Shown here: one piece after another, positions 51,101 through 60,883 of the stretch
Layout: every line of letters begins with the position of its first letter
How positions within the stretch are numbered: the first letter of the stretch is position 1
NCBI GenBank assembly: GCA_016195385.1
Contig: JACPZS010000068.1
Location: forward strand, 3,919 to 67,918
Length of the DNA: 64,000 bases
Origin: Verrucomicrobiota bacterium
GTDB lineage: Bacteria; Verrucomicrobiota; Verrucomicrobiia; Limisphaerales; JACPZS01
Direction of reading: 5' to 3'
The notes under the pieces: generated by a model
What the model saw: the letters and a program-made list of their open reading frames with translations, nothing else
Told to the model about the DNA's origin: nothing
Database searches by the model: none
Translations under genes and position numbers: made by a program

Positions 51101-53370
51101 GTGTGGTGATCTGGCGCGCGGGCGAATTTTCCGGATCGCTGACGACGGGCGACGCGAAGGCGATTCGTGATTACGTGAGCGGCGGCGGCGGATTCTTCAT
51201 GGCGTCGATGGAAGTGTTGAGCCGGCTGGACGAACAAGGGCTGACAAACTTTCGGAAGAATGTTTTGCACGTGGAAGACTTCGCGGTCGATCCGGGAGTG
51301 GACGGGATCTTCGGCGTTGACAACACGTCGCTGACCAGCGGGGTGCAGACGGACCTTGATTTCTCGGCGTATCCCGATTTGATCACGATTTCACTAAATG
51401 TTTCGGACACGTTTCATCCGACGACGAATGCCGCGCCGATCCTGTTCGACAACGCCACCGGGCGGCCGGTGGGGCTGCGCTTTCCGCGCGCCGGCGAGGA
51501 GAGCGCGGGGCGCGTCGTCTATTTTTCGTTTCCGCTGGATACGATTCCGATGGATGGCATGGATCCGAACAATCGCGGCGCGATCCTTCGTAACGTCATC
51601 AGCTTTCTCGCGCCGGGAATCAACGGACTCGGTTCAATCGAACTTGACCGCGAGGATTACTCGATTCCAGCGCGCGTCACGATTGAAGTGGCTGATTCGG
51701 ATTTGGCCGGGAGCGAAAAGATCTCCATCAAGCTGGTCAGCGATCTTTTGCCGCAAGGCCAAACCGTTTCGCTTTCTGAAACTCCGACGGCCGGATTGTT
51801 TCGCGGCTTTGTAAATTTGATCGCCACCAACGCCGCCGCCGGCGCGGGCCAAATCCGAGTGAACGACGGAGACATCATCCATGTTGAGTACGTCGATGCT
51901 TCCGCGGCGGGACGGACGATTTTTGCGGAGTCCGTCGTCGATTCGTCGCCGCCCACCGTCAGCCGCGTCAAGGTGGAGCCGGATTATTCGGAAGCAATTA
52001 TCACGTGGGACAGTTCGGAGGCCGCAGATTCACTTGTGCAGTTTGGCGAGTCGAAGTTTCTCGGTCGCACGGCTTACTCGTCGGATCTGGAGGACACGCA
52101 TTCCGTTTCGCTCACCGGCTTGCTACCCGACCGAGATTATTTTTTCCAAGTCGCGAGCCGGGACGCGGCGGGCAACAGCATTATCGACGACAATAAAGGA
52201 AAATTTTATTCCTTCCGCACGCTCAAGCCGCTCACGCCGCCCTTCCGCGACGATTTGGAACACGGCTCGACGAATTGGACCGTCGTGAATCCGTCCGTGG
52301 ATGCGGAGACGCAATCGATTCTTACGTCCTCTGACTGGCAGTTTGGCAAGCCGCAAAACGAACTGGCCAACGCGGCGCACTCGGGCACGAATTGCTGGGG
52401 CACGAATTTGCGCGGCGAGGGAAACGATTACGCGAACAGCTCGCTCGCCAGCCCGGCGATTGATCTGAGCGGCGGGAACATCGCGACGCTGCGCTTCTGG
52501 CACAACTACGATTTCACGCCGCGCAACGACGAGACGGATATTCTGGAAACAGCCGGCGTGTACGTTTCTACCAATAACGGCGCGGCTTGGACGCAACTCG
52601 CCGCGTACGACGGAAGTTCCGGTGGTTGGGTCGAGGAGGAAGTGGACGCTTCGGCGTACCTTGGCAAGGTGGTTCGCTTCGGCTGGGCTTACGAATTGTT
52701 CTCCATCGACGCCGTGGCACATCCCGGCTGGCTCGTGGACGACGTGTCGGTGACGGTGACGAACATTGTGCCCGGCACGATTCAGATTTCAAACAATCTG
52801 GCGCAAGCGAGTTTCGTCCTCGACGGGCCGATTGCGCGCAATGGGCAAGGATTGTTCACGAGTTACACGAACGCGCCGCCTGGGGAATACGTGATCACGT
52901 TCAGCGATGTGCCGTTTTACCAGACACCCAAACCGCAGACGAACACACTGGCCGCGACGAAGCTGCTTGTGTTTGCCGGTCAATACACGTTTGCGGACGC
53001 GAACAACAACGGCATCTCCGACGCGTGGGAGAAACTATTCTTTGGCGCGGTGTCGCCGACGCGGACGAAATCCACCGACACCGACGGTGACGGTGCAAGT
53101 GATTACCAGGAATTTTTGGCGGGCACCAATCCGACGAACGCCACGTCTGTCTTGCGGGCCAGCGCGCCCATCCGTCAATCCGGCGGCGCGCTCCAAATCG
53201 CCTGGCCATCAATCATCGGGCAGGCGTATCGCGTCGAGGGCAGCACGAACGCCGTCGCGTGGAATCCGCTGACGGACTGGTTCCGCGCCCTGCGAACAAA
53301 TTCCACTTACACAGTGCGCAACCAGACCAGCGGCGCGCCTTATCTCTTCCGCATCTCGACGCGTCCGTGA
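48169..53370 (+). CDS. Giant secreted subtilisin-like (S8) serine protease with multiple accessory beta-sandwich domains
   Basis: Signal peptide MTPTFAPARRCLLFLVLLLSILTEVPA. Catalytic triad motifs VCVADSGL, HGTHVAGIIAG and GTSQAGPHASGAAA. About 1733 aa. The C-terminal tail ends ...APYLFRISTRP. Trimmed from the track ORF, which starts inside the divergent gene. Confidence 0.9.
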   Translation: MTPTFAPARRCLLFLVLLLSILTEVPAQTKSIRLRNEVITTSAPSPNLNLQPQAAEAVVSGLYLVQLDGPLQIAWRARLASLGVDLLRFVPDDAFVARVEAARLSQLRALPFVRWVGEYRPEHKTHRALHSELAGASTNALVPISLLLSPHAPSAEILKTTRVFQLLREHSPSKFGSILRGQVTPAQLGQLAKSDSVLWIESAPRMKLIDEIASKIVGGGEYAPSTGAGGGLGGDGGDLGLESLKLQAAPAQTNQHATVVQQLGFDGSGVVVCVADSGLNNGDAATMHPDLAGRVDAFFFYCDLLDASDEHSHGTHVAGIIAGNGATGETDDRDTLYGLGVASNAHLVAQRIFDADGKDYLPPYETLTHDAVRAGAVIGSNSWGDDVNGRYDLSAAQFDALVRDADAETPDDQPYILEFSAGNAGPGAQTLDSPAVAKNVIATGASQNDRPDFFIYADGIEAMADFSSRGPCEDGRIKPDIVAPGTWIASLQSASAPDTSAWLPISPNYQYQGGTSQAGPHASGAAAIFVQYYRATHNNATPSPALVKAALINSATDMDDVEGGTDPIPNMDEGWGRVTLTNIIGSTRKSEFIDQSIILTNGQTFEQRIVSGNPNVPLKITLTYTDVPGFPAAIPALVNDLDLEVVGPDGTVYRGNQFNAGDSIPNPPDRDAINNVEGVHLLAPPPGEYFVRVRAKNIAEDIHGRTNTPPQQDFALVISGDLPLPGEGILIFDRNAYTVPGTIGIKLIDFDLAGQSSVSIPITSDSQSTAAQIKLLPSGSAGVFTGNIATATSPANGALRITDGDKISASYQDASPSGTRTVEAVADLTAPVASAITTTNHFGKAVITWQTDENTRSIIRYGTNANLNLSITNSALIADHGLTLNGVPPGTTNFFLIISVDEAGNISTNNNSGRLFSVVTRPVPPVLLVDAFNDIILNDLVPVSTYLDGLDATGIKYEVWSVADEGRAPVLADLQPYRVVIWRAGEFSGSLTTGDAKAIRDYVSGGGGFFMASMEVLSRLDEQGLTNFRKNVLHVEDFAVDPGVDGIFGVDNTSLTSGVQTDLDFSAYPDLITISLNVSDTFHPTTNAAPILFDNATGRPVGLRFPRAGEESAGRVVYFSFPLDTIPMDGMDPNNRGAILRNVISFLAPGINGLGSIELDREDYSIPARVTIEVADSDLAGSEKISIKLVSDLLPQGQTVSLSETPTAGLFRGFVNLIATNAAAGAGQIRVNDGDIIHVEYVDASAAGRTIFAESVVDSSPPTVSRVKVEPDYSEAIITWDSSEAADSLVQFGESKFLGRTAYSSDLEDTHSVSLTGLLPDRDYFFQVASRDAAGNSIIDDNKGKFYSFRTLKPLTPPFRDDLEHGSTNWTVVNPSVDAETQSILTSSDWQFGKPQNELANAAHSGTNCWGTNLRGEGNDYANSSLASPAIDLSGGNIATLRFWHNYDFTPRNDETDILETAGVYVSTNNGAAWTQLAAYDGSSGGWVEEEVDASAYLGKVVRFGWAYELFSIDAVAHPGWLVDDVSVTVTNIVPGTIQISNNLAQASFVLDGPIARNGQGLFTSYTNAPPGEYVITFSDVPFYQTPKPQTNTLAATKLLVFAGQYTFADANNNGISDAWEKLFFGAVSPTRTKSTDTDGDGASDYQEFLAGTNPTNATSVLRASAPIRQSGGALQIAWPSIIGQAYRVEGSTNAVAWNPLTDWFRALRTNSTYTVRNQTSGAPYLFRISTRP

Positions 53371-53472
53371 ACGAGGCCGGGACGCGTGTCAAAACTGAAG
53401 CTTCTGTAAATCACGGCTGGAAATTCAAAATCTCCTTTTCGCTGCGAGCTGTTTCGCGTTTAGTGAGGTTTT

Positions 53473-54402
53473 ATGAAAAAGACGGCATTCCTGTTTGCTG
53501 GCCAGGGCGCTCAAAAAGTCGGCATGGGCAAAGATCTGGCCGCTCAATTTCCATTGGCGAAAGATTTGTTCGCGCACGCCAACCAGATTCTCGGCTACGA
53601 TCTGACGGGCATTTGCTTCGAGGGGCCGGAAGCGGAGTTGACCAAAACGGAGAACGCGCAGCCCGCGATTTTTCTCGTGGGCTGGATCGCCTTTCAATTG
53701 CTCCGGCAGCGGTTGCCGGAGTTGAAGTTTGACGCCACGGCGGGACTCTCGCTGGGCGAGTTCACGGCGCTAGCCGCCGCGGGGTCGATGAGTTTTGAAG
53801 ACGGTTTGCGGCTCGTCTGGCGGCGCGGGCGATTCATGCAGGAAGCCTGCGAAGCCACGCGCGGCGGCATGGCAGCCATCATTGCACTCGACGAGGCGGC
53901 GACCCGCGAAGTTTGCCTCGAAGCCGGCGTGGAATTGGCCAACCTGAACTGTCCCGGGCAACTCGTGATTTCAGGCGAGACGGAAAAGATCGCGATCGCT
54001 TGCGAACTCGCCAAAAAGCGTGGCGCGAAAAAGGCGATGCCGCTCACCGTCACCGGCGCGTATCACTCGCGGTTGATGGCTAGCGCGCAGCCCAAATTGC
54101 GAGTTGAGTTGGCACAAGTCGAATTCTCGCCTCCTCGCGTTTCCGTAATCTCGAACGTCACCGCCGCTCCGCACGGAACGCCGGACGAGATTCAGGCGCG
54201 ACTCGTGGATCAAGTCACTTCATCGGTACGCTGGGAAGAATCGATGCGCTATCTTTTGGCGCAAGGATTCACACGATTCGTTGAACTAGGCCCTGGAACG
54301 GCACTCAACAGCACACTCAAGCGAATTGACGAAAGAGCGCAACGGTTGAACATCGCCGACGTCGCGAGTCTCGAGGCGGCGGTTGCGGTGCTCGACGGCT
54401 AA
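53473..54402 (+). CDS. fabD: Malonyl-CoA:ACP transacylase
   Basis: FLFAGQGAQKVGMG...GLSLGEFTALAAAG (GLSLGE active-site Ser motif). 309 aa. Confidence 0.9.
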   Translation: MKKTAFLFAGQGAQKVGMGKDLAAQFPLAKDLFAHANQILGYDLTGICFEGPEAELTKTENAQPAIFLVGWIAFQLLRQRLPELKFDATAGLSLGEFTALAAAGSMSFEDGLRLVWRRGRFMQEACEATRGGMAAIIALDEAATREVCLEAGVELANLNCPGQLVISGETEKIAIACELAKKRGAKKAMPLTVTGAYHSRLMASAQPKLRVELAQVEFSPPRVSVISNVTAAPHGTPDEIQARLVDQVTSSVRWEESMRYLLAQGFTRFVELGPGTALNSTLKRIDERAQRLNIADVASLEAAVAVLDG

Positions 54403-54880
54403 ACCAAACTGGCGGCAGCTCTGCCCGATTGCCTCTGTGCGCCAGGCGGCCTCGCGGCGGATGGTGCGCATCTTACTGTAACTCCGCATGAAATTTCCAA
54501 CGGAGTAAGTCGTCAGTTCGGGGCCATGATTTTCTTTAGCTTCCGCTTGATAATCCGATAGTACCGACGGACAGCTCGGAAGCCGTTACCAGTCCAGCGC
54601 GACTTACTGGCTTTGGCCGGTCAAATTGCCGCTCCTGGAATGTTTTGCCTTCGACCGTGGCGCGTATTCCGAAGCGATTACGCGCCCGGGAATGCGAGCG
54701 AAGTCAGTCGCCTGGATCAGGAACGAAGATTGACAAGCGTGGCACGGAATGCCAGTTTCAGCGCGCTGCAGGGCTGTCGGTTTGAATTTGAACAGAAGTT
54801 TGCGAAGTCAATTTTGACGTTTTGATTTTCAGCTTTGACGCCCGGCGCCACAGGGCGGCATTCCACCAATCGGCAATCAC

Positions 54881-56383
54881 ATGGCAGTAAACGAAAAAGT
54901 CTGGTTTTGCATCGGTTCGCAGCACGGCTGGGAACAGTCGGCCCGCGAGGCGACGAACGCATTCAAGGATGTGGGACGCGGGAGCGCGTTGGTGAAACGG
55001 GCATTCGATGCAGTCTTTTCCGTGCTCGGACTCATCGTGCTCTCACCGTTTTTTTTGCTCGTGGCAGTCCTGGTGAAGTTCAGCGATGGGGGGCCAATTT
55101 TTTTCCACCAGCAGCGCGTCGGGCAGTTCGGCAAAAACTTCTTTCTCTGGAAATTTCGCACCATGATCGTGGACGCGGAGCGGCTGGGCATTTCGGTGAC
55201 GAAAGATGGCGATCCGAGAATTACCCGGGTCGGCCGTTACCTGCGCAAATGGAAGCTCGATGAACTGCCGCAACTCTGGAACGTCTTGAAGGGCGAGATG
55301 TCCTTCGTGGGTCCGCGCCCGGAAGTGCCGCGTTATGTCGAGCAGTACACGCCCCTCCAGCGTGAAATCCTGAAGTACAAACCGGGCATCACCGATTTGG
55401 CCACGCTTGTTTTTCGCGACGAGGAAATGTTGTTGCGCAGCGCCGGTTGCGTCGAGGACTTCTACATCAAGCACTGCGTGCCCCGGAAAATCGAACTCAA
55501 CCGCCAGTACGCCACCAAGGCGAATCTGGCCCAGGACATTTGGATTATCGTGCAGACCTTGTGTCCCTACTGGATTGGCGTGCTGACGATTTACGGCTCG
55601 GCTTTGCTAGCGAGCTTTTGGGTTGCTTACATGTTGCGCTTCGAGTTCCAGGTTCCGGTCGAAGAATTCGAGCAGTTCCAGCGTTACTGGATGGCGGTGC
55701 TGGGCCTGAAACTTTTCTTTCTCCTCTGGCGAAAGCAGTTCCACGGATTGTTGAGTTACTTCAGCGTGCCCGAATTGGAACAAATTGGCACCGCCCTCGG
55801 GGCCGCTTTCCTTTTGGAAATGGGGGCTTGGTGGCTCACTGCCGGCAATTGGGCGCCATCGCGCAGCATCATCTTGATCGATTTCCTACTGTCGTTGTTC
55901 CTGCTCTGTTCAATTCGCCTGACCTTCCGGCTGCTCCGCGAAAAATACTTCACACAGAAATCGCGCACAGACGCGCCGGCGTTGCGTGTGGCCATTATCG
56001 GTGCGGGTGAACTGGGTTCCAAACTCGCGCGCAAGCTGGCTTCCAACCAGAGCCTCGGCCGGAAAGTGGCGGCATTTTTCGACGATGATCCGGAAAAATG
56101 GCAGAAGGATTTGCACGGGATTGAAATCGTGGGCATGCCGGAGTGCCTGCTCAACGGCGAATGGGTTGAAAAATTGGATGAAGTGCTCATCGCGATGCCC
56201 CACGCTTCGCTGGAACGCCTGCGACAAATCAATAACATGCTCGCCAGCACGAATTTGAAATTCCGCGCCGTCCCTTCGTTGGATCAACTCGCCACGGGGA
56301 AAGTCGCCTTCGCCACCACGCGCTCGACGGCGATTGAAGACTTGCTTGCCAAACCAGCGGCCGAAACCAGCCTGGCCGGTTAA
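54881..56383 (+). CDS. Polyprenyl-phosphate glycosylphosphotransferase (Bac_transf) with non-canonical domain order: catalytic domain, then TM bundle, then Rossmann/CoA-binding-like domain
   Basis: aa ~35-235 = PglC/WbaP catalytic domain (KRAFD..., KFRTM, DELPQLWNVLKGEMSFVGPRP). Then four TM helices. Then RVAIIGAGELGSKLARKLAS...AFFDDDPEKW...IEIVG, which is normally N-terminal in WbaP-type enzymes. Confidence 0.8.
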   Translation: MAVNEKVWFCIGSQHGWEQSAREATNAFKDVGRGSALVKRAFDAVFSVLGLIVLSPFFLLVAVLVKFSDGGPIFFHQQRVGQFGKNFFLWKFRTMIVDAERLGISVTKDGDPRITRVGRYLRKWKLDELPQLWNVLKGEMSFVGPRPEVPRYVEQYTPLQREILKYKPGITDLATLVFRDEEMLLRSAGCVEDFYIKHCVPRKIELNRQYATKANLAQDIWIIVQTLCPYWIGVLTIYGSALLASFWVAYMLRFEFQVPVEEFEQFQRYWMAVLGLKLFFLLWRKQFHGLLSYFSVPELEQIGTALGAAFLLEMGAWWLTAGNWAPSRSIILIDFLLSLFLLCSIRLTFRLLREKYFTQKSRTDAPALRVAIIGAGELGSKLARKLASNQSLGRKVAAFFDDDPEKWQKDLHGIEIVGMPECLLNGEWVEKLDEVLIAMPHASLERLRQINNMLASTNLKFRAVPSLDQLATGKVAFATTRSTAIEDLLAKPAAETSLAG

Positions 56384-56441
56384 GTTTGGTGTTTTTCCAC
56401 CCTCGCTCCGTGGAAAAACGCCGCTGAACTCGCCGTCGGAT

Positions 56442-57371
56442 TCAGTGCAGTTCGGTTTCGCAAGTACCGATTCCACCTCGATAAAAATTGAACTGCACGT
56501 TCGGGTGTTCGGCCAGCAGCGACATGGGCACGGCCGCATCTACGATCCGCCGGCTGATCATCCACGTCGTCAGTCTCTGTCCGAATGGATTATCGTGTTT
56601 GCCGGCGTGCCAGATTGAAACTTTCCCGGCTTTCCAGGTTTCGACCGGCCCGACGCTGATCGCCTGCGTCGGCACGAGCGCGATGTTACCGCCTCCCGAA
56701 GTGCGCGCGTTTTGCGCAATCGTCAACGGATGCAGTTCCACCACTCGCGTGGTCAACTTGCGGTATTCAGCAGCGCTCGGCGGCGCGTTTTTGAATTTGC
56801 CTTGGCGCGGCAGCGGATCGTTAAACGCCCAGTGCTTCACGTCGCCCTGTCCACCTTGCATTACCGCGCAGCGCACGCCCTCCCAACTCGCCCGGTAAGC
56901 CCGCGTGTCGGCTTTTGGGAAATGCAAATGGGAGTCCGGCATCACAAGTTCTCTGCGAATCCGGTTGAAGCACAATTCACGATCCGCGCGTTCAAACGAC
57001 AGCGGATGCGTCGCGGGCACTTCGCGGTCGTTGGCGAACCATTCGTCCATGCCCCAGAAATGCGCCGAGCGAATCGAGAGCCCAAGTTCGTTCACGATCC
57101 GCGCCACCAGCGGCAGTTGCTCCGTCGGGCCGATCGGGCCGCAAATGCCGACGGGATTGTCGGGCGTCGATTCTTTCCAAGCGGCGACGTATTCGAGCGC
57201 TTCGGCTAGATAAAATTCCTCCAACGTGTCGTAGAAGACAACGCGAAAGCCGGGGCGCGAGAGCTTCAACATTTTTTCCGGCGTGAGCCGGGCGGCGGTC
57301 TGAATGATTTCGTCATTGAGCGTCGTGTAATCCCACCAGTCAGGAGAAATCGAACTAAGTTTGCGTGGCAT
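56442..57371 (-). CDS. Glucosamine-6-phosphate deaminase/6-phosphogluconolactonase-superfamily protein
   Basis: GMDEWF motif and overall NagB-like length. Trimmed to MPRKLSS. Confidence 0.5.
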   Translation of the reverse strand: MPRKLSSISPDWWDYTTLNDEIIQTAARLTPEKMLKLSRPGFRVVFYDTLEEFYLAEALEYVAAWKESTPDNPVGICGPIGPTEQLPLVARIVNELGLSIRSAHFWGMDEWFANDREVPATHPLSFERADRELCFNRIRRELVMPDSHLHFPKADTRAYRASWEGVRCAVMQGGQGDVKHWAFNDPLPRQGKFKNAPPSAAEYRKLTTRVVELHPLTIAQNARTSGGGNIALVPTQAISVGPVETWKAGKVSIWHAGKHDNPFGQRLTTWMISRRIVDAAVPMSLLAEHPNVQFNFYRGGIGTCETELH

Positions 57372-57477
57372 AGTTGCCGGAAAATAAACGAAGAGACGCG
57401 CGAGCCACAAACTATTCCGTCGTGAGCGTCATTTCGGGCTTCGACAACTTGGCGCTGTCCGCGTACGCTTTGCGCCC

Positions 57478-58263
57478 GTGAAAATTCTGTTCATCGGCGA
57501 CATCGTGGGCGAGCCAGGCCGGCGCGCGGCCCGATTGCTCGTGCCCATGTTGCGCCAACGGCATCAGATTGATTTCGTCATCGCGAACGGTGAAAACTCC
57601 GCCGGCGGTTCCGGCATCACGCCAAACACCGCCGCCGAGATTTTCGGCGCGGGCGTGGATGTCATCACCTGCGGTGATCATCTGTGGGACCAAAAAGAAG
57701 TCATCGACCTCCTGCGAAACGAGCGTCGTTTCGTGCGGCCGCTGAATTATCCGCCCAACACACCCGGACAAGGCAGCACAATCGTGCAATTGCCCGGCCT
57801 TCCGTCCGTGGCCGTGCTCAATCTGCAAGGCCGCACGTTCATGCCACCGCTGGAAAATCCATTTCACGCCGCGCGCAGCGAAGTCGAACGCCTGCGCACG
57901 ACAACTAAAATCATCTTCGTCGATTTCCATGCCGAGGCAACGTCCGAAAAAATCGCCCTCGCGCGGATGCTCGAAGGACTGGTCAGCGCCGTCGTCGGCA
58001 CGCACACGCACGTGCAGACGGCGGACGAACAAATCTTTCCGGGCGGCACCGCTTTTCTTTCGGACGCGGGATTCACGGGACCGCACGACAGTGTGCTGGG
58101 ACGGGAAATCGATCCCGTCATCGAACGCTTTCTGACGAACCAGCCGCGCCGCTTTGAAGTCGCCAAAGGACGAATCCTGCTCCAAGGCGCGCTCATTGAC
58201 ATCGACGACACGACTGGCAAGGCGACGAAGATCCAGCGCGTGTCGGAACCCCTGCCAGCATGA
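57478..58263 (+). CDS. ymdB: YmdB-family metallophosphoesterase (2',3'-cyclic-nucleotide phosphodiesterase-like)
   Basis: KILFIGDIVGEPGR...ANGENSAGG...GDHLWD...GTHTHVQTAD are the typical motifs. Confidence 0.85.
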   Translation: MKILFIGDIVGEPGRRAARLLVPMLRQRHQIDFVIANGENSAGGSGITPNTAAEIFGAGVDVITCGDHLWDQKEVIDLLRNERRFVRPLNYPPNTPGQGSTIVQLPGLPSVAVLNLQGRTFMPPLENPFHAARSEVERLRTTTKIIFVDFHAEATSEKIALARMLEGLVSAVVGTHTHVQTADEQIFPGGTAFLSDAGFTGPHDSVLGREIDPVIERFLTNQPRRFEVAKGRILLQGALIDIDDTTGKATKIQRVSEPLPA

Positions 58264-59009
58264 GTGACGCAAAGAACAATCGTGTCGCGATGGGAACGTG
58301 GTGGTTTGCGCTTGTTGCGATCGCCGTCGCCGTCATCGGCATTGTTTTTTCTCGCCCTCGCGTGCCGGAGTACCAAGGCCGCTCCGCGAAGCAGTGGCTT
58401 GGCGATGTGTTTGGATTGTCTCGAGTTGGAAACACAAAATCTGACGACATTGCCGGTGCAATCGCCGCCTTTCGTGCGATGGATACAAATGGAGTCTCGT
58501 TTCTGGTTCAAGCTCTCGATCAACGAGAACATCCTTTGAACGAGATTTATCGGTGTGTCTCCAGGCAGCTTCCATCGGTAGCGAGAGATTGGCTGCCATT
58601 GCCGGTATCTGTGGAAGAATTAGCTAGTGCTGCGGGTATCGTGCTGCTGAAAATCCGCGACGGCACTCCAAGCCGAACTTTCCCTCGGTTAGTACATTTG
58701 CTAAATGCTGAAAGTCCGCACACGCGCCAGCTTGCGGCCGACCTCGTCCAGCACTACACGACCAATTACCGGAACTTGAACTTGTCTCAATTTCAGTTCG
58801 AGTTGGTTCGCGCTCTTCGTGACACGAACGACTGGATCCGAATCGATGTAGCGTACGCTCTAATGAGCGCTCGACTCAATGTGCCTGAGTTAGTCCCGGC
58901 ACTGAAATCGGCGTTGACGAATTCTAGTTCGAGTATTCGCGACGCTGCTCGGCAGGCCATTGAGGCAACAGTCACCGTCTTCAACCCGACCAATCATCAT
59001 GCCCCGTAG
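58260..59009 (+). CDS. Membrane-anchored HEAT-repeat-like hypothetical protein (lower G+C)
   Basis: N-terminal TM helix (WWFALVAIAVAVIGIVF). C-terminal repeats such as LVPALKSALTNSSSSIRDAARQAIE. ATGA overlap with the ymdB stop. Confidence 0.5.
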   Translation: MSDAKNNRVAMGTWWFALVAIAVAVIGIVFSRPRVPEYQGRSAKQWLGDVFGLSRVGNTKSDDIAGAIAAFRAMDTNGVSFLVQALDQREHPLNEIYRCVSRQLPSVARDWLPLPVSVEELASAAGIVLLKIRDGTPSRTFPRLVHLLNAESPHTRQLAADLVQHYTTNYRNLNLSQFQFELVRALRDTNDWIRIDVAYALMSARLNVPELVPALKSALTNSSSSIRDAARQAIEATVTVFNPTNHHAP

Positions 59010-60405
59010 CCCAAAATCCCAGTGGGACTTCGGCGAACTTTTTCCCACCGAAGCGACGCGCAAAGTTCTGTCTGTGTCGGAACTGACGACGCAAGTCAAA
59101 CGTCTGCTCGAAAAACAGGTCGGCCAAATCTGGGTCACGGGCGAGATCACGAACCTGCGCGCGCAAAGTTCTGGCCACGTTTATTTCACGCTCAAGGACG
59201 CCAGTTCGCAATTGAGTTGCGTGCTTTTTCGCGGTGAAGCGACCACAGCCCGCGTCTGGCTGGAAGATGGACGCAAGGTAATCCTGAACGGCGAAGTCAC
59301 CGTGTACGAGCCACGCGGCCAGTATCAACTCATCGTGCATGAGGTCGAGTTGCACGGCGTCGGCGCGTTGCAAATCGCTTTTGAAAAGCTGAAGCAAAAA
59401 CTCAACGCCGAAGGTTTGTTCGCGCCGGAACGGAAACGCCCGCTGCCACTTTTCCCGCAGCGAATCGGCCTCGTCACTTCACTCACGGGCGCGGCCATTC
59501 GCGATGTGCTGCATGTGATCCAGCGCCGGCAGCCGGGCTTGGAAATCATCCTCGCGCCGTGCCGCGTGCAGGGCGCGGGCGCAGCGGCAGAAATTGCGAG
59601 TGGCATTCGCTTGTTGAACGAATGCGCGGCGCGCGGCGGCGCGCTGGATTTGATTCTCGTCACGCGCGGCGGCGGCAGCCTCGAAGATTTGTGGGCCTTC
59701 AACGAAGAGGTCGTGGCGCGCGCAATTTTTGAATCCATCGTGCCGGTCGTCTCGGCCATCGGACATGAGATTGATTTCACGATCAGCGATTTCGTGGCAG
59801 ACCTGCGCGCGGCGACGCCGAGTGCCGCCGCCGAGTTGATCACCGAAGGCGCGTTCTCCAGCCGCCAGTTTGTGGCCGAAGCCGCGGCGAGACTCGCTCA
59901 ACTCGCGCGGGCGCGCGTGGCGGCGGAGTTGGAAACTCTCGCCGATTGCCGGCAGCGGCTCGGGCGCGTTCATCCGCAACGCTGGGTTCAAGAGAAGATG
60001 CAGCGACTGGATGATCTGCAAACGAGTCTGTTGCGCACGGCCAGATTCCGTTTACGCGAGCGACAAAATGCCTGGCATGGCTTTCGTCAGCGCCTGGCGC
60101 GTGTCCAGCCGGCGCAAACATTGCTTCGGCAGCGCGAAATAGTTTTGCGATTGACGGGCCGATTGATCGAACTCGGCCGGCACTCGCTCGCGCGCGAGAA
60201 AAATCACCTGACCAACACCCAAGCCCGGCTCCGCTTGCTCTCGCTGGAAAGCACTCTCTCTCGCGGCTACTCGATCACGACCGACGCGGCATCGGGAGAA
60301 ATTATTCGCGCGGCGAGTGAAGTTCGCGCCGGCCAGCGCCTCAAGACGCGCCTGCACGCCGGCGAAGTTCAAAGCGTGGTGGAACGCCCGCGAAGCGACG
60401 CATGA
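58999..60405 (+). CDS. xseA: Exodeoxyribonuclease VII large subunit
   Basis: OB-fold N-terminus (LSVSELTTQVKRLLE...VWVTGEITNL), a catalytic core, and a long C-terminal coiled-coil. Start chosen at MPRSPK. Confidence 0.9.
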   Translation: MPRSPKSQWDFGELFPTEATRKVLSVSELTTQVKRLLEKQVGQIWVTGEITNLRAQSSGHVYFTLKDASSQLSCVLFRGEATTARVWLEDGRKVILNGEVTVYEPRGQYQLIVHEVELHGVGALQIAFEKLKQKLNAEGLFAPERKRPLPLFPQRIGLVTSLTGAAIRDVLHVIQRRQPGLEIILAPCRVQGAGAAAEIASGIRLLNECAARGGALDLILVTRGGGSLEDLWAFNEEVVARAIFESIVPVVSAIGHEIDFTISDFVADLRAATPSAAAELITEGAFSSRQFVAEAAARLAQLARARVAAELETLADCRQRLGRVHPQRWVQEKMQRLDDLQTSLLRTARFRLRERQNAWHGFRQRLARVQPAQTLLRQREIVLRLTGRLIELGRHSLAREKNHLTNTQARLRLLSLESTLSRGYSITTDAASGEIIRAASEVRAGQRLKTRLHAGEVQSVVERPRSDA

Positions 60406-60875
60406 AACGCACCAACGAGTTGAAGCATTTTGCGTATGCATTCCTGATCGCGCTGATCGGCTACTTCGCGTTCTACGCGTGCGACGCACACTTGCGCCAG
60501 CGGCACGGTCCGTGGCGGGTCACTTTCGCGAAAGATGATGAGGGAAATCCCAGCCTCGTCATCAACGATCCCCGGCTGAACATCACTGGCGTGCGCATCG
60601 TGTTCGTCGGCGAGCGCGCCGCTCTGACTAATGCGCCGGCCGAAGTCGTGTTTGATCGACCGCTCCAGCCCGTGCCGTTTGGCAAAGTCATTTTCGAGGA
60701 ACTGATGTGGCTGCCGGGCACGGTGACGCTCGACCTGTTCGGTCACGAAGTCCAACTCCTGCCCCGTGTGCTGACGATCAACCGGAAAGAATTTGCCTGG
60801 CGAACTGGTGCGGAATTTCGACTGACGGCGACGGATAAATTGCCACCAGAAATGCTGCGTCCTCCCAAGCGCTGA
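60402..60875 (+). CDS. Hypothetical membrane protein where xseB would normally sit
   Basis: One TM helix (FAYAFLIALIGYFAFYA). ATGA overlap with the xseA stop. There is no XseB-like sequence. Confidence 0.45.
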   Translation: MKRTNELKHFAYAFLIALIGYFAFYACDAHLRQRHGPWRVTFAKDDEGNPSLVINDPRLNITGVRIVFVGERAALTNAPAEVVFDRPLQPVPFGKVIFEELMWLPGTVTLDLFGHEVQLLPRVLTINRKEFAWRTGAEFRLTATDKLPPEMLRPPKR

Positions 60876-60883
60876 TGGAGATG

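Noticed and set aside
54403-54880. Possible RNA gene (RNase P, SRP, 6S or tmRNA-like) in the 478-bp gap after fabD
   Set aside because: I could not find the conserved RNase P (GGAAAGUCCGG), SRP (GGUGCUGUUUACC...) or tmRNA tag-reading-frame features. It is kept only as an unexplained AT-richer gap.
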